Assembly: GCA_050260175.1 (NCBI GenBank)
Contig: JBLNBS010000070.1
Coordinates: forward strand, 3,379-67,378
Direction: 5' to 3'
Length of the DNA: 64,000 nt
DNA from: Patescibacteria group bacterium
Lineage (GTDB): Bacteria > Bacillota > UBA4882 > JAAYXC01
Each line of letters begins with the position of its first letter. Position 1 is the stretch's first letter. Under the pieces are notes generated by a model. It saw only the letters and a list, made by a program, of their open reading frames with translations, searched no databases and was not told the DNA's origin. Positions 1 through 9,996 of this stretch are shown here, piece after piece. The position numbers and the translations under genes were made by a program.

Positions 1-8
1 CCAGCCTG

Positions 9-1355
9 GTGGGGGTGCTCTATATCCTGGACGAGCCCAGCATCGGCCTGCATCAGCGGGACAACCAGCGCCTCATCAGCACCCTCAAGGGCCTGCGCGA
101 CCTGGGCAACACCCTCATCGTGGTGGAGCACGACGAGGAGATGATGCGCCAGGCCGATTACCTCGTGGACATCGGCCCGGGCGCGGGCGCCCACGGCGGC
201 GAGATCGTGGCCGCGGGCACGCTCGACGAGATCATGGCCTGCCCCGGCTCGATCACAGGCGATTACCTGGCGGGGAGGAAACGGATCCCCGTGCCGGCCG
301 GGCGGCGCAAGGCGGACGGCAGGTTTCTCGAGGTGCTGGGCGCCGCGGAGCACAACCTGAAGCAGATCGACGTCAGGATACCCCTCGGCCTCTTCGTCTG
401 TGTGACGGGTGTCTCCGGCTCGGGCAAGAGCACCCTGGTGAACGAGATCATCTACCCGGCCCTGGCCCGCGCCCTGAACAGGGCCTACACCAGGCCGGGC
501 AAGCACAATGCCATCAGGGGCCTCGAGCATCTGGACAAGGTCATCGACGTGGACCAGTCCCCCATCGGGCGGACGCCGCGCTCCAATCCCGCCACCTACA
601 CGGGGGTCTTTGACTTGATCCGCGACGTCTATGCCCAGACCGTGGAGGCCAAGACCAGGGGGTACGGGCCGGGGCGGTTCAGCTTCAACGTGCGCGGCGG
701 CCGGTGCGAGGCATGCAGCGGCGACGGCATCATCAAGATCGAGATGCACTTTCTCCCCGATGTCTACGTGCCGTGCGAGGTCTGCAAGGGTAAGCGTTAC
801 AACCGGGAGACGCTCGAGGTCCGCTACAAGGGCCAGAACATCGCCGAGGTCCTGGCCATGACGGTCGAGGAGGCGCTGTCCTTCTTCGAGAACGTGCCCC
901 GCATCAAACGCAAGCTCCAGACCCTGCACGACGTGGGCCTGGGCTACATCCAGCTGGGCCAGCCCGCCACGACCCTCTCGGGCGGCGAGGCCCAGCGGGT
1001 CAAGCTGGCCACGGAGCTGTCGCGCCGGAGCTCCGGGCGGACGCTCTACATCCTGGACGAGCCCACGACCGGCCTCCATTTCGCGGACACCCAGAGGCTC
1101 CTGCAGGTCCTGGGCCGCCTGGTGGACAACGGCGACACGGTGCTCGTCATCGAGCACAATCCCGATGTGATCAAGACAGCCGACTACCTGATCGACCTGG
1201 GTCCAGAGGGTGGGGACCGCGGTGGCCGTGTGATCGCCGCCGGCAGCCCCGAGGAGGTCGCGGAGGTTGGCGAATCCTACACAGGCAGGTTCCTCCGGGA
1301 GATACTGGGCGGGCCGGGGCGGGCTCAAAGATCCAGGCGCGCCGCCACGGGATGA
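9..1355 (+). CDS. uvrA: Excinuclease ABC subunit A, C-terminal part (5' end lies outside the window)
   Basis: Walker A GSGKST, ABC signature LSGGEAQR, the zinc-finger CEACSGDG...CEVCKGKRY and C-terminal DLGPEGG are all typical of UvrA. The ORF runs from the window edge. Confidence 0.9.
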   Translation: MGVLYILDEPSIGLHQRDNQRLISTLKGLRDLGNTLIVVEHDEEMMRQADYLVDIGPGAGAHGGEIVAAGTLDEIMACPGSITGDYLAGRKRIPVPAGRRKADGRFLEVLGAAEHNLKQIDVRIPLGLFVCVTGVSGSGKSTLVNEIIYPALARALNRAYTRPGKHNAIRGLEHLDKVIDVDQSPIGRTPRSNPATYTGVFDLIRDVYAQTVEAKTRGYGPGRFSFNVRGGRCEACSGDGIIKIEMHFLPDVYVPCEVCKGKRYNRETLEVRYKGQNIAEVLAMTVEEALSFFENVPRIKRKLQTLHDVGLGYIQLGQPATTLSGGEAQRVKLATELSRRSSGRTLYILDEPTTGLHFADTQRLLQVLGRLVDNGDTVLVIEHNPDVIKTADYLIDLGPEGGDRGGRVIAAGSPEEVAEVGESYTGRFLREILGGPGRAQRSRRAATG

Positions 1356-2212
1356 GCAGGGGGCGGCTCCATGACCGAGACCAGCATTGCCGCCAGGATC
1401 GCCCCGCCGCCCAAAAGCATCCGGGCGGTCACTTTTTCCCCACCCAGCGTGACCGCGACGATCGCCGCAAAGAGGGGCTCGGTCGAGAGGATGATGGCCG
1501 TGTCCACCGGCGGCGTGTGGCGCTGGGCGGCGGTCTGGACGAGGAAGGCGAAGCCCGTCGCGGCCAGACCGAGGTAGGCCAGGGCGGCCAGATCCGACGC
1601 GCGCGGCAGGACGAAACCCCCGCCGGCCAGGGCGTTCAGGATGAGACAACACGCGCCGACCGCCGCGAACTGGATGCCGGCCAGGGGAAATGGATCGCAC
1701 GACGGCGCAAATTTACCGGTCATGACGATATGCAGGGCGAAGAATACGGCGCAGCCCAGGGTGAGTAAGTCCCCCGGACCCAAGCGCCATGCTCCCTCCT
1801 GCCAGGAGAGGGCGGTGAGCCCCAGGGTGGCCAGGAGAACGCCGATGCCCACGCGGATCGTCATGCCGCCGGGCATAAAGAGCGCGGCGATTACGGCGAC
1901 GAAGACGACGTTCAAGCCCGTGATGAAGCCGGAAACGCTGGCCGCGGCATACCTGAGGCCGTATGTCTGCAGGATGAAACCACCCATGAGCAGGCCGCCG
2001 AGTGCCAGCCCGGGCAAAAGGTGCCGGCGCCAGCCAAGGAGGGAGCGGGGGGAAACGAGCAAAAGCGCGATGAGGGCCAAGGCGAAGCGGGCGCCGATCA
2101 GGAGGAGCGGCGGCAGGGATTGCACGGTGTGCCGCACGATGACGAACGTCCCGCCCCAGACGGCGGCCACGGAGATGAGGAGCAGATCGGCGGCCAGGCG
2201 GCTGAGACGCAC
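1325..2212 (-). CDS. EamA/DMT-superfamily transporter
   Basis: About 10 hydrophobic helices with a two-fold repeat architecture typical of EamA. The likely start is GTG at 2212, preceded by AAGGAGG. Its 3' end overlaps the uvrA 3' end convergently. Confidence 0.55.
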   Translation of the reverse strand: MRLSRLAADLLLISVAAVWGGTFVIVRHTVQSLPPLLLIGARFALALIALLLVSPRSLLGWRRHLLPGLALGGLLMGGFILQTYGLRYAAASVSGFITGLNVVFVAVIAALFMPGGMTIRVGIGVLLATLGLTALSWQEGAWRLGPGDLLTLGCAVFFALHIVMTGKFAPSCDPFPLAGIQFAAVGACCLILNALAGGGFVLPRASDLAALAYLGLAATGFAFLVQTAAQRHTPPVDTAIILSTEPLFAAIVAVTLGGEKVTARMLLGGGAILAAMLVSVMEPPPAHPVAARLDL

Positions 2213-2464
2213 GCGCGCGAAACCTCCTTGTCGCGATTGGTTCAGGCAGCGGTATTCGCGCTCGCGGCGGAGGTTCCTGCAGTGTCGACGTAATTTAGGA
2301 CCGGACAAAAAGGATCGGAGAGAGATTCTGCGTCACCCGGCCCATTTCGAGACGGGCAGTAGAAGCAAGGCATCTACTGGGAGCCGCAATCGCGGACTCG
2401 TGACGGAACTCTTCCGATCCCGCGGTTATCTTCTCCCCCGGCCGGGGGTATTATGCATCAGGCG

Positions 2465-2500
2465 GAAAAAAGAGCGCGGGGGCCGGAGGCCCCCGCGCTC
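2465..2500 (-). terminator. Rho-independent terminator downstream of the LysR gene
   Basis: GC hairpin GAGCGCGGGGGCC-GGA-GGCCCCCGCGCTC, followed on the minus strand by a U-run (AAAAAA at 2465-2471 on plus). Confidence 0.5.
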
Positions 2501-2605
2501 AACGGATCTATAGAAGAGGCCGGCACGGCCAATCGAGCGTTCACTCACCCCGCGGGGCCGAGCAGCAGCCGCATTCGCGGCTAAGCTGAGAACCGCTGTC
2601 GCGGT

Positions 2606-3604
2606 TCATGATCTCGTCATCTTGGCATCCGCCGGCCTCTCGTCCATAGGTTTCCCCCCGCCCGCCAACCCATGCTCCCCGCGGCAGGCCTGATCCTGGA
2701 TGAATAGAGAATCGCTGGCACCGTACTCCTCGGCCAAGAGAGCGAGGAAGGCCCGGAACGGCTCGGCCGGGTATTGCTCGCGCCTGTAGACCGCCCGCGT
2801 GGTGCGGCGCGTGGGGGCCAGGCCGACGACGGAGGCCGTGCAGAGGAGGCCCGAGGCCAGTTCCTCCTCGACCGCGATGCGGGGCAAAAATGAGATGCCC
2901 AGCCCGATCTGGACAAGGCGCTTGATCCCCTCGATGCTGTCCAGTTCCATGACGACCTCGGGCTGGTACCCGGCCAGGGCGAACCGCTCGTCCAGGAAGC
3001 GGCGGAAACCGGATCCCCGGGCGAAGAGGATCGACGGCGTGCCCACCAGGGCCGCCGGGGACAAGGCGCCGCCCCGCCCCAACCGGTGGCCGCCCTGCAG
3101 GATGAGAATGATTTCGTCGTCAAAGAGAGGGACGGCTTGCAGCCCGCTTCCCTCGACGGGGGAGGTGACGAGCGCCAGGTCGATTTGGCCCTGGGCGAGC
3201 AGGGCCAGGAGTTGATCGGAGTTGCCGGAGCGGACGATGATCTCGATCGCGCCATGCCGCCGGCGATACTCCCGCAAGAGGCGCGGCAGGCGGAAAGTGA
3301 TGGTGGTATTGCCCGCGCCCAGCACCAGCCTGCCGCGGCGCCCCGTGCGGAACTCGTCCATGGCTGCCCGGCCGCGATCCGCCGCGGCGACCAGGGCTTG
3401 GGCGTGCTCCAGCAGGATCTCGCCGGCCCGCGTCGGGCTGACCGATTTGCCCTTGCGGTACAGGAGAGTGAGCCCCAGCTCGCGCTCGAGCCCCCGCACC
3501 TGCTGGCTGACGGCCGGCTGGGTGAGATGCAGGGCCTGGGCGGCCCGGCTGAAGCTCCCCTCCGCCGCCACGCGGACGAAGGTTCTGAGCTGGCTGAGTT
3601 CCAT
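2606..3604 (-). CDS. LysR-family transcriptional regulator
   Basis: N-terminal HTH MELSQLRTFVRVAAEGSFSRAAQALHLTQPAVSQQVRGLERELG followed by a LysR substrate-binding domain. The ATG at 3604 is preceded by GGAGAGGAGG. Confidence 0.8.
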   Translation of the reverse strand: MELSQLRTFVRVAAEGSFSRAAQALHLTQPAVSQQVRGLERELGLTLLYRKGKSVSPTRAGEILLEHAQALVAAADRGRAAMDEFRTGRRGRLVLGAGNTTITFRLPRLLREYRRRHGAIEIIVRSGNSDQLLALLAQGQIDLALVTSPVEGSGLQAVPLFDDEIILILQGGHRLGRGGALSPAALVGTPSILFARGSGFRRFLDERFALAGYQPEVVMELDSIEGIKRLVQIGLGISFLPRIAVEEELASGLLCTASVVGLAPTRRTTRAVYRREQYPAEPFRAFLALLAEEYGASDSLFIQDQACRGEHGLAGGGKPMDERPADAKMTRS

Positions 3605-3863
3605 CCTCTCCTCCAGTCCCGCGGAGTCCGTCCGGGTCATGGCGCCCGCGCCCAAGTACGCGCCATGCGGCACATGGTACAGGTTTGTGCTCCGGCGGCC
3701 AAAAGCGGGTTGGCCTCACAAGTTCCAGGGGAATCATCGCATATCATGGCCGGGGAGGCAAACCGCGGCGCCCCCTTTTTTCCGCCGTACCGGGCAGAAT
3801 AGGGGCCTGGGATTGAGCGGTTCGCTATAAACAATTCTTATCTCAGTCATAAAAGATATTCAT

Positions 3864-3892
3864 TTGCTTTATAGTATGCCGGATGGTATGAT
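3864..3892 (+). promoter_or_regulatory. Candidate sigma-A promoter of purA
   Basis: TTGCTT -35 box, 17-nt spacer, TATGAT -10 box, about 35 nt upstream of the purA RBS. Confidence 0.4.
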
Positions 3893-3925
3893 GAACCGGG
3901 ATCAGCGCTTTTGGAGGTGTGATGC

Positions 3926-5260
3926 ATGCCGTCCATGGTCGTGGCGGGGATGCAATGGGGCGACGAGGGCAAGGGCAAGATCATCGATTACCTGGCCGCG
4001 CAGGCGCAGGTCGTGGTCCGTTTCCAGGGGGGGAACAACGCCGGCCATTCCGTGGTGGTGGGCGAGGAGGAATTCAAGTTCCACCTCCTTCCCTCGGGCG
4101 TGCTCTATCCGGATGTCGTCTGCGTGATCGGCAACGGCGTCGTGATCGATCCCGCGGTCCTGCTCGGGGAGATCGAGGCCCTGCGGCAGAAGGGATTTGC
4201 CGTGTCACGGCTATGGATCAGCGACAGGGCGCATCTCATCCTGCCCTATCATCCCCTCATCGACCGGCTGGAGGAGGCGGGCCGGACCGCGGATCGCATC
4301 GGCACCACCGGCCGGGGCATCGGCCCGGCCTACGTGGACAAATACGCCCGTTACGACGCGATCCGTCTCTGCGACCTCCTGGACGCCGGGTTCTTTCGCG
4401 AAAAGCTCGTGCGGGTGCTGGCGGTCAAGAACCGGCTGCTTACCGGGTACTATGGCGCCGCCCCCCTCGATCCGGCGGAGATCCTCAGCCGGTACGAAGC
4501 GTACGCCGCGGCCCTGGCACCCATGGTTGCCGACACCTCGGTGCTCGTCAACGAGGCGCTCGACGCGGGACAAAGGGTGCTCTTTGAGGGCGCGCAGGGG
4601 TCGCTCCTGGATATCGATCACGGCACCTATCCCTACGTGAGCTCCTCGTCGCCCGGCGCGGGCGGCGTCACCTCCGGGGCGGGGGTCGGCCCGACGAGGA
4701 TCGACGGCGTGCTGGGCGTCGTCAAGGCCTACACGACCAGGGTGGGAGAGGGCCCCTTCCCGACCGAGCTGCCGCCCGACCAGGTGAGCCAACTCCGGGA
4801 CGGCCGGGATGGCCGGGGCAGGGAATACGGCACGACGACGGGGCGGCCGCGGCGCTGCGGCTGGTTTGACGCGGTCATCGCCCGTCATGCCGCCCGCATC
4901 AACGGCGTCACCGCGCTGGCCGTGACCAAGCTGGACGTCCTCGATCCCTTTCCCGTCATCAGGGCCTGCACGGGCTACCGCCTGCGGGGGAAGACGATCG
5001 GCGAATTCCCGGCCTCGTTGCGCGTCCTGGCCGAGTGCGAGCCGATCTACCGCGAGTTTCCGGGCTGGCAGTGCGAGACCTCGGGGGCAAAATCGCTCGC
5101 CGATCTCCCCTCCCAGGCCCGCGCCTACCTGGATTGGATCGCCGAAACCGTCGGGGCGCCGCTCAGCATGGTCTCGGTGGGCTGGCGGCGGGGAGAGACG
5201 CTCATGGCGGAGGATCCGTGGCAAGCAACAAGTCTGAAAGCCATAAGGTCAAAAGCCTAA
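3926..5260 (+). CDS. purA: Adenylosuccinate synthetase
   Basis: N-terminal QWGDEGKGK P-loop, GNNAGH and TTGRGIGP motifs. RBS GGAGGTG lies 6 nt before the ATG. Confidence 0.9.
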   Translation: MPSMVVAGMQWGDEGKGKIIDYLAAQAQVVVRFQGGNNAGHSVVVGEEEFKFHLLPSGVLYPDVVCVIGNGVVIDPAVLLGEIEALRQKGFAVSRLWISDRAHLILPYHPLIDRLEEAGRTADRIGTTGRGIGPAYVDKYARYDAIRLCDLLDAGFFREKLVRVLAVKNRLLTGYYGAAPLDPAEILSRYEAYAAALAPMVADTSVLVNEALDAGQRVLFEGAQGSLLDIDHGTYPYVSSSSPGAGGVTSGAGVGPTRIDGVLGVVKAYTTRVGEGPFPTELPPDQVSQLRDGRDGRGREYGTTTGRPRRCGWFDAVIARHAARINGVTALAVTKLDVLDPFPVIRACTGYRLRGKTIGEFPASLRVLAECEPIYREFPGWQCETSGAKSLADLPSQARAYLDWIAETVGAPLSMVSVGWRRGETLMAEDPWQATSLKAIRSKA

Positions 5261-5390
5261 AAGTCGAAACCCGAATCACGTGAAGGCACACGATCCGTGA
5301 CACGCGACTCGTTACGAACTTCGCCCCGACCATTTGACGCGGCGCGTGCCGTGGTGTATAATGAATTGGCCGGGGTCTCCCGGCTTTTTC

Positions 5391-5466
5391 GGGCCATTAG
5401 CTCAGTTGGCAGAGCACCTGACTTTTAATCAGGGAGTCTGGCGTTCGAGTCGCCAATGGCCCACCA
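5391..5466 (+). tRNA. tRNA-Lys (anticodon TTT), including CCA
   Basis: Cloverleaf: acceptor GGGCCAT/ATGGCCC, D arm GCTC..GAGC, anticodon loop CTTTTAA, T arm TGGCG-TTCGAGT-CGCCA, 3' CCA. Confidence 0.85.
5417..5466. repeat. attL core: 50-bp tRNA-Lys 3' segment duplicated at 19425-19474
   Basis: The 50-bp sequence CCTGACTTTTAATCAGGGAGTCTGGCGTTCGAGTCGCCAATGGCCCACCA occurs here and again 14 kb downstream. Confidence 0.7.
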
Positions 5467-5479
5467 GGATAAATGCCCG

Positions 5480-6742
5480 TCAGGACTGAATTCCTGCCGG
5501 GCTTTCTTTTTGTCCATCGGCGCCTACTGTATCCTTTGTGTATCCATTCCAAAGGGTATCCATAAAGGCGCCCATCCCCGCCGCCGCAGCCTCGTCCCGG
5601 CCCGGGAACAGGTGCCCATAAACCCCTAACGTCACGTGGATCGATGCGTGGCCCATGCGGTATTGCAAGGTCTTGGGGTCCACGCCTTGGGCGATCAGGA
5701 TCGCCGCGTGCGTGTGCCGCAAGGTATGCAAGCTTACCCCTTCGAGTCCGGCGGCCGAGGTTACTGCGGCCAGGTCCCGCCGCAGAACGTTCCTCTTCCT
5801 GAGCGGCCCGCCGTCCTCATCGGTGAAGACCAGATCCCATTCATTCCTCCACGGCGGCCAGTCCGGCACGTGCCGGCGCATGGCCGTTCTTCGTTCCCTG
5901 CGTTCGATGGCGGCCTGCTTCTCCGCGTCTTGGCGTTCCTTCTGCCGCGCCAAGGCGGCCATGCCCATGGGAGACAAGGTGATCGTCCGGCGGCCGGCGC
6001 CGGTCTTCACCGGGCTGATCGATATTTGACCCGTCGCCGAATCCTCGATGATGGCCTGCCGGACGGTGGCTTTCGACCCTTCCCAATCGATGGCGGACCA
6101 AGCTAAACCGCGCAGTTCCCCGGAACGCATCCCGCTGTCCAGGCCGAGCAGGAACAGATCCTCGAGCCTGGCCCCCCGGGCGGCGTCGAGGAACCGGCGC
6201 AGCTCGTCCGGTACGAGAAAGCGCGCTTCCTTGTGGGAGTAAGTCCGCTTTGCCGCCAAGCGGGCTGGGTTCCGCGCGATCAGCCCCTTGGCCAGGGCAT
6301 CGTCGAAGGCGGCCCGCAGGACAAGGGCGGCAAGGGCGACAGTCCGCGGGGAGAGCCCGGCCTCGTCCAGTTCGGCAAAGAGGGCGTTGATCCGTCGATA
6401 GTCCACCGCCGCCAGCTGAAGCCCGCCGAAGTAAGGCCGGATATATCGTTCATAGGTTTCCGTGTAGCTTGACAGGGTGGAAGGCCTGACTTCGGCTTTC
6501 TTCGCGCGCAGCCAGTCCCGGAAATGATGCTCGACCGTGATCCGCCCGACCTGGACCGGGGCGCCCTTCAACGCGTCGCCCTGCACGGTGCGCAGTTTCT
6601 CCAAGGCTTCGGTCTTGGTCCGGCCGTAGACTCGCCGGCGGATCCGCTTCCCGTTGGCGTCAAAGCCAAACGAGGCCTGAGCGTACCAAAGGCCGGACTT
6701 CAACCGGCCCACAGAACCTTCACCGCGGCCACGCCTTGGCAT
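5480..6742 (-). CDS. int: Tyrosine-type site-specific integrase
   Basis: N-terminal MPRRGRGEGS...GKRIRRRVYGRTKTEALEKL is typical of phage integrases. C-terminal catalytic region HTLRHTHAAIL...HASIHVTLGVYGHL carries the R..H..R..Y residues. RBS AAGGGAGG precedes the ATG at 6742. Confidence 0.85.
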   Translation of the reverse strand: MPRRGRGEGSVGRLKSGLWYAQASFGFDANGKRIRRRVYGRTKTEALEKLRTVQGDALKGAPVQVGRITVEHHFRDWLRAKKAEVRPSTLSSYTETYERYIRPYFGGLQLAAVDYRRINALFAELDEAGLSPRTVALAALVLRAAFDDALAKGLIARNPARLAAKRTYSHKEARFLVPDELRRFLDAARGARLEDLFLLGLDSGMRSGELRGLAWSAIDWEGSKATVRQAIIEDSATGQISISPVKTGAGRRTITLSPMGMAALARQKERQDAEKQAAIERRERRTAMRRHVPDWPPWRNEWDLVFTDEDGGPLRKRNVLRRDLAAVTSAAGLEGVSLHTLRHTHAAILIAQGVDPKTLQYRMGHASIHVTLGVYGHLFPGRDEAAAAGMGAFMDTLWNGYTKDTVGADGQKESPAGIQS

Positions 6743-6918
6743 TATGTCGCCTCCCTTGAATGGCCTCAAGATCGCTACGATCATATCAGGACGGGCTGGC
6801 ACAAACAAGGGCGAAGAACGAAAAGCGCGCCATCACAGCATTTGAAGGCGCCGACGACCGGATCATTGACCCGTGGTCGGGGCTAGATTTACGATAGGAC
6901 GCGAAAGGGGGCGCAGGA

Positions 6919-7140
6919 ATGAAAAGACAGAACGTTACTGAAGCGGCGTTTTTCGAGGATGGCTTGGTTCCGATCCCAGATGCGGCGCGATTCCTTGGGC
7001 TCGGGATCACAAAGGTCTACGAGTTAATGGGCAAGGGCCAGCTACCGTTCGTCTTGATCGACCGTTCCCGGCGGATCCGGCGAAGCGACCTTCGGCGGTT
7101 CGTAGAGGAACGGCGCCGCGGCGGGCAGGCGGCGAGCTGA
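6919..7140 (+). CDS. AlpA/excisionase-family HTH DNA-binding protein
   Basis: Short protein; AARFLGLGITKVYELMGKGQLPFVLIDRSRRIRRSDLRRF resembles the excisionase/MerR-type winged helix. It sits next to and divergent from the integrase gene. Confidence 0.55.
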   Translation: MKRQNVTEAAFFEDGLVPIPDAARFLGLGITKVYELMGKGQLPFVLIDRSRRIRRSDLRRFVEERRRGGQAAS

Positions 7141-7152
7141 GGAGGGATCGAG

Positions 7153-7419
7153 TTGGCGTGTGATGCCGGCGCTCATCATGATCCCGAAGGCTACCTGCTT
7201 CTTCCGCGGCAAATTCGGCGGACGCTCAAGACGGCCGGATTGGTCCTCGAGTGCTACCACGAAGAAAGCCTGGGGAAGATCATTGAGCTGTCTTGCCGGC
7301 GATGCGGGCGCGAGTGGGCGGTTTTCCGCATGTCAGACGGCCGCTATGTCCGTTCCTGGTGGCGCTGTCGGAACGGGTGCAACCTGCCAGGCCGACGGGC
7401 CAGCACGAAAGGGGGATGA
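7153..7419 (+). CDS. Small Cys-rich (zinc-ribbon-like) protein; TTG start after GAGGAGGG
   Basis: CRRCG...CRNGC motif pairs with a strong RBS upstream. No family assignment is possible. Confidence 0.35.
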   Translation: MACDAGAHHDPEGYLLLPRQIRRTLKTAGLVLECYHEESLGKIIELSCRRCGREWAVFRMSDGRYVRSWWRCRNGCNLPGRRASTKGG

Positions 7420-7426
7420 GCTGACG

Positions 7427-7603
7427 ATGGGCGATGTCATCCTTTTGCCTGCCCTACGTAACGGCCAGCTATGCCCAATGTGCTTCCAACACCCGGTCTT
7501 ACCGGGCCGGCTGTGCTGGACGTGTGAGCACTTGATGGATTCCGTGGAGGGATGCCTTCGCCGCGAGGAGGAACGGGAGAGGGCGATACCCCATGCAAAA
7601 TAA
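7427..7603 (+). CDS. Small zinc-ribbon protein
   Basis: CPMC...CWTC motifs. The ATG at 7427 is preceded by AAAGGGGGA. Confidence 0.3.
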   Translation: MGDVILLPALRNGQLCPMCFQHPVLPGRLCWTCEHLMDSVEGCLRREEERERAIPHAK

Positions 7604-7655
7604 AGAAAACGCGCCCGGCGGAAACGGGCGCGGCGACGAAGGGTTGGTGACAAGG

Positions 7656-8717
7656 ATGTCTCATAATCAGGATACCACATCCATCCCGCAGAGACAAGAT
7701 CTCGCGGGCTTTTTTGGAGGTCAATGGGTGGCGGTTCCGCGCATCCTGTGGAGGGTGATTTGGCAAAAAGGGCTTACCATGTTGGAACTTAGGATTCTTG
7801 CGGTTTTGATAGACCAATCCTGGCATGCCGGCTACCGGGTGGATACCATGTCGCAAATAACGCCCGGGGATCTCGAGACGCTGATCGGTGGTCCCCGTTC
7901 TCGGATAAGGGCGGCCCTGCGTGCAATGGAATCCTGCAATGTGATCCAAAGGGCTGATGGCGGCCGCTACAGCGTTAATAAAGATCCTTGGGCCTGGACC
8001 GGTGATTATGCACTTGATAGAGCGGCCTTCGATACCGCCATGAACCACCTGAAGAGGATGAAGGAACGGAAATACCAAGCCGATGCTTTAGCGCATGTGT
8101 GCGCATCACGTGCGCAGCACGTTATGCAAACGACCCAAACGACAAGCCCTAAAGGACCAGTAGCAGGCAATATAGGGAGCATGCCCGAAGCATGCCCGGA
8201 GCATGCCCAGTTAGCGAATCACGAAGTGGGGACAGATCGTCCCCAGGAAGAATTGAAAGTGGGGACAGATTGTCCCCAGCAAATGGGGACAGATCGTCCC
8301 CACCTCGACGCCGCAAACCCCTGCGGCGACGGCGACGGCGGCGCCCCTTTAGAAGGTTCTTTAGATCCTAAAAGAAAGAAAAAAAGCAACTTAGATCCCC
8401 CGGCTGCCGCCGCTCATTCTTTGTCCGCGCCTTCGGCGACGGACGACGCGCACCGAACCTATACGCCCGGGGTGATCGTCGAGAGAATCAATACTGCCCG
8501 GAGCTTCAAGGGCATGCCACCATTGACCGATGAAGAGACGCAGGCCGAATTGCCTGGGATCAAGAGGTTCTGCGAACGGTTTACCGACGACGAGATCCGC
8601 CGCGGACTGGGTGAATGGATGGCAGGTGACCAACCCGCGACCGTGCCCGCGTTGATAGCGTTTCTCGTGGCTCGGCAACATCCGAAGGTGAGCCGTGCAG
8701 AGCGGCTTGTGAGTTGA
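7656..8717 (+). CDS. Replication-initiator-like protein with an N-terminal winged-helix (HTH_36-like) domain
   Basis: LTMLELRILAVLIDQSWHAGYRVDTMSQITPGDLETLIGG...RAALRAMESCNVIQR resembles phage/plasmid replication-initiator DNA-binding domains. The gene contains iteron-like repeats. Confidence 0.45.
   Translation: MSHNQDTTSIPQRQDLAGFFGGQWVAVPRILWRVIWQKGLTMLELRILAVLIDQSWHAGYRVDTMSQITPGDLETLIGGPRSRIRAALRAMESCNVIQRADGGRYSVNKDPWAWTGDYALDRAAFDTAMNHLKRMKERKYQADALAHVCASRAQHVMQTTQTTSPKGPVAGNIGSMPEACPEHAQLANHEVGTDRPQEELKVGTDCPQQMGTDRPHLDAANPCGDGDGGAPLEGSLDPKRKKKSNLDPPAAAAHSLSAPSATDDAHRTYTPGVIVERINTARSFKGMPPLTDEETQAELPGIKRFCERFTDDEIRRGLGEWMAGDQPATVPALIAFLVARQHPKVSRAERLVS
8227..8302. repeat. Three iteron-like palindromic repeats TGGGGACAGAT(C/T)GTCCCCA inside the rep-like gene
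   Basis: Near-identical 19-bp units at 8227-8245, 8260-8278 and 8284-8302. Each is a 7-bp inverted repeat (TGGGGAC/GTCCCCA) around a 5-bp spacer. Confidence 0.6.
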
Positions 8718-8749
8718 CGGTCATTCCTGGAATAGGGAGGAGGAGCGCA

Positions 8750-8950
8750 ATGCGGCGCGAGATACCGGGATTCGTGCCATTCCGCTGTCTGAAGTGCGCA
8801 AGTCATCTCGTGTGGCTGATCGGGCGGTCCTCGATTTGGTGCTCAGGGTGCCAAAGGCACATCGGCTGGGAGGAGTTCGAGCGAAGCCCGAGTGGCATGG
8901 AGACACTGCGGCCGGCCAGGGATGCATCACACACAATCATCTCTCGCTGA
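8750..8950 (+). CDS. Small zinc-ribbon protein
   Basis: CLKC...CSGC motif pairs. The ATG at 8750 is preceded by GGGAGGAGG. Confidence 0.35.
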   Translation: MRREIPGFVPFRCLKCASHLVWLIGRSSIWCSGCQRHIGWEEFERSPSGMETLRPARDASHTIISR

Positions 8951-9281
8951 ATCTTAATCGCAGGTAGAAGGCACGTCACGAGGAGTTTTCGGAAACCAAC
9001 TTAAAAACAAAGCCACGATAGATCTATTGCCCAGCTAGACTGCGGGGCGTGGGATGCATCACAAGGCGTGAAAATCGAAAACAGGTCAGCGAGGGATGTT
9101 TACCAGATTTTTCCTCCCCCCCTCGGGTTCGGGTAGGGCGGCCAGGCGATGACCGGAAGGGGGAGGCTTCCGACTCGTACAGGCCGAAATTTCAAATTTT
9201 TCCCATGGATTCGAGGCCGCACGAGCCTGGTCCAGGAATTTCCTGGAAGAATGGACATTTTGCCGATTTCGGGAATCAAGC

Positions 9282-9310
9282 TTGACGGCTCATCGGGGAC
9301 ATGCTATAGT
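9282..9310 (+). promoter_or_regulatory. Strong candidate sigma-A promoter driving the RHH to tape-measure to capsid block
   Basis: TTGACG -35 box, 17-nt spacer, TATAGT -10 box, located after a ~400-bp non-coding gap. Confidence 0.5.
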
Positions 9311-9331
9311 ATTACCGATAGCATTACCGAT
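9311..9331. promoter_or_regulatory. Two direct repeats ATTACCGAT just downstream of the -10 box (candidate operator)
   Basis: ATTACCGAT at 9311-9319 and 9323-9331, between the promoter and the RHH gene. Confidence 0.4.
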
Positions 9332-9364
9332 GATATTCGCTTATAGACTATGAGGAGGATTCCG

Positions 9365-9841
9365 ATGGGCGATACTTTCAGTGTCAAGCTCCCGGCCGGT
9401 CTTCCCCTGGCCGACATCGACGCGGCAGCCGCGGCGCGGGGATTGAACCGCAACCAATTCGTAATCGATGCGATCGGGCTTCTGGCGGTCCTCACTCCCG
9501 AGTTCATCCAGGCAGTGGATCACTTCGCCGCCGGCCTTCGGGTACCGCGCGCGACGGTGATTGAGGCGTTCACGATCCGCCGCCTAGCGGAACTGAAGGC
9601 AAAGGCGACGGTTCACCCGCGCTATAGCGAAGCTCTGGATGAGATCATGCTCTCTTCGCGGGGCGCCATTCTTGGGCAAGAACTGCTTGCTACACTTACA
9701 AACCAATTCGCCCAGCGGGAGCGGGACCGCCTGACCCGGGCCGAACGGGCGAAGAACCCCAAGCAAACGGCGACCGGCGCCGGCATCCCGCCCGAGGCCG
9801 ACGAAGACGAGATAGTCACGCAGGGTGAGTTGGATGAGTAA
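9365..9841 (+). CDS. Ribbon-helix-helix (CopG/Arc-like) domain protein
   Basis: The N-terminus FSVKLPAGLPLADIDAAAAARGLNRNQFVIDAI fits the RHH beta-strand plus two helices. RBS GAGGAGG precedes the ATG at 9365. Confidence 0.4.
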   Translation: MGDTFSVKLPAGLPLADIDAAAAARGLNRNQFVIDAIGLLAVLTPEFIQAVDHFAAGLRVPRATVIEAFTIRRLAELKAKATVHPRYSEALDEIMLSSRGAILGQELLATLTNQFAQRERDRLTRAERAKNPKQTATGAGIPPEADEDEIVTQGELDE

Positions 9842-9996
9842 AAAAATCGCGCTGGTTCTGCTCATCCTGCTGATTGTGTGGCTTTTCAGGTCCCCCCGTG
9901 GGCGCCTGGTCACAGGAAGGCTAATCTACTGGGTGGCTTGGAACATCGGTTGGGCGGTTGAGCTTGTAAAATTGATTATTTTTGGGGGCGCTAAGG

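Noticed and set aside
4211-5224. 337-aa minus-strand ORF antisense to purA
   Set aside because: Rich in Arg/Gly/Pro/Ala with no recognisable motif, and it is fully antisense to an unambiguous PurA. This is a typical GC-rich antisense artefact.
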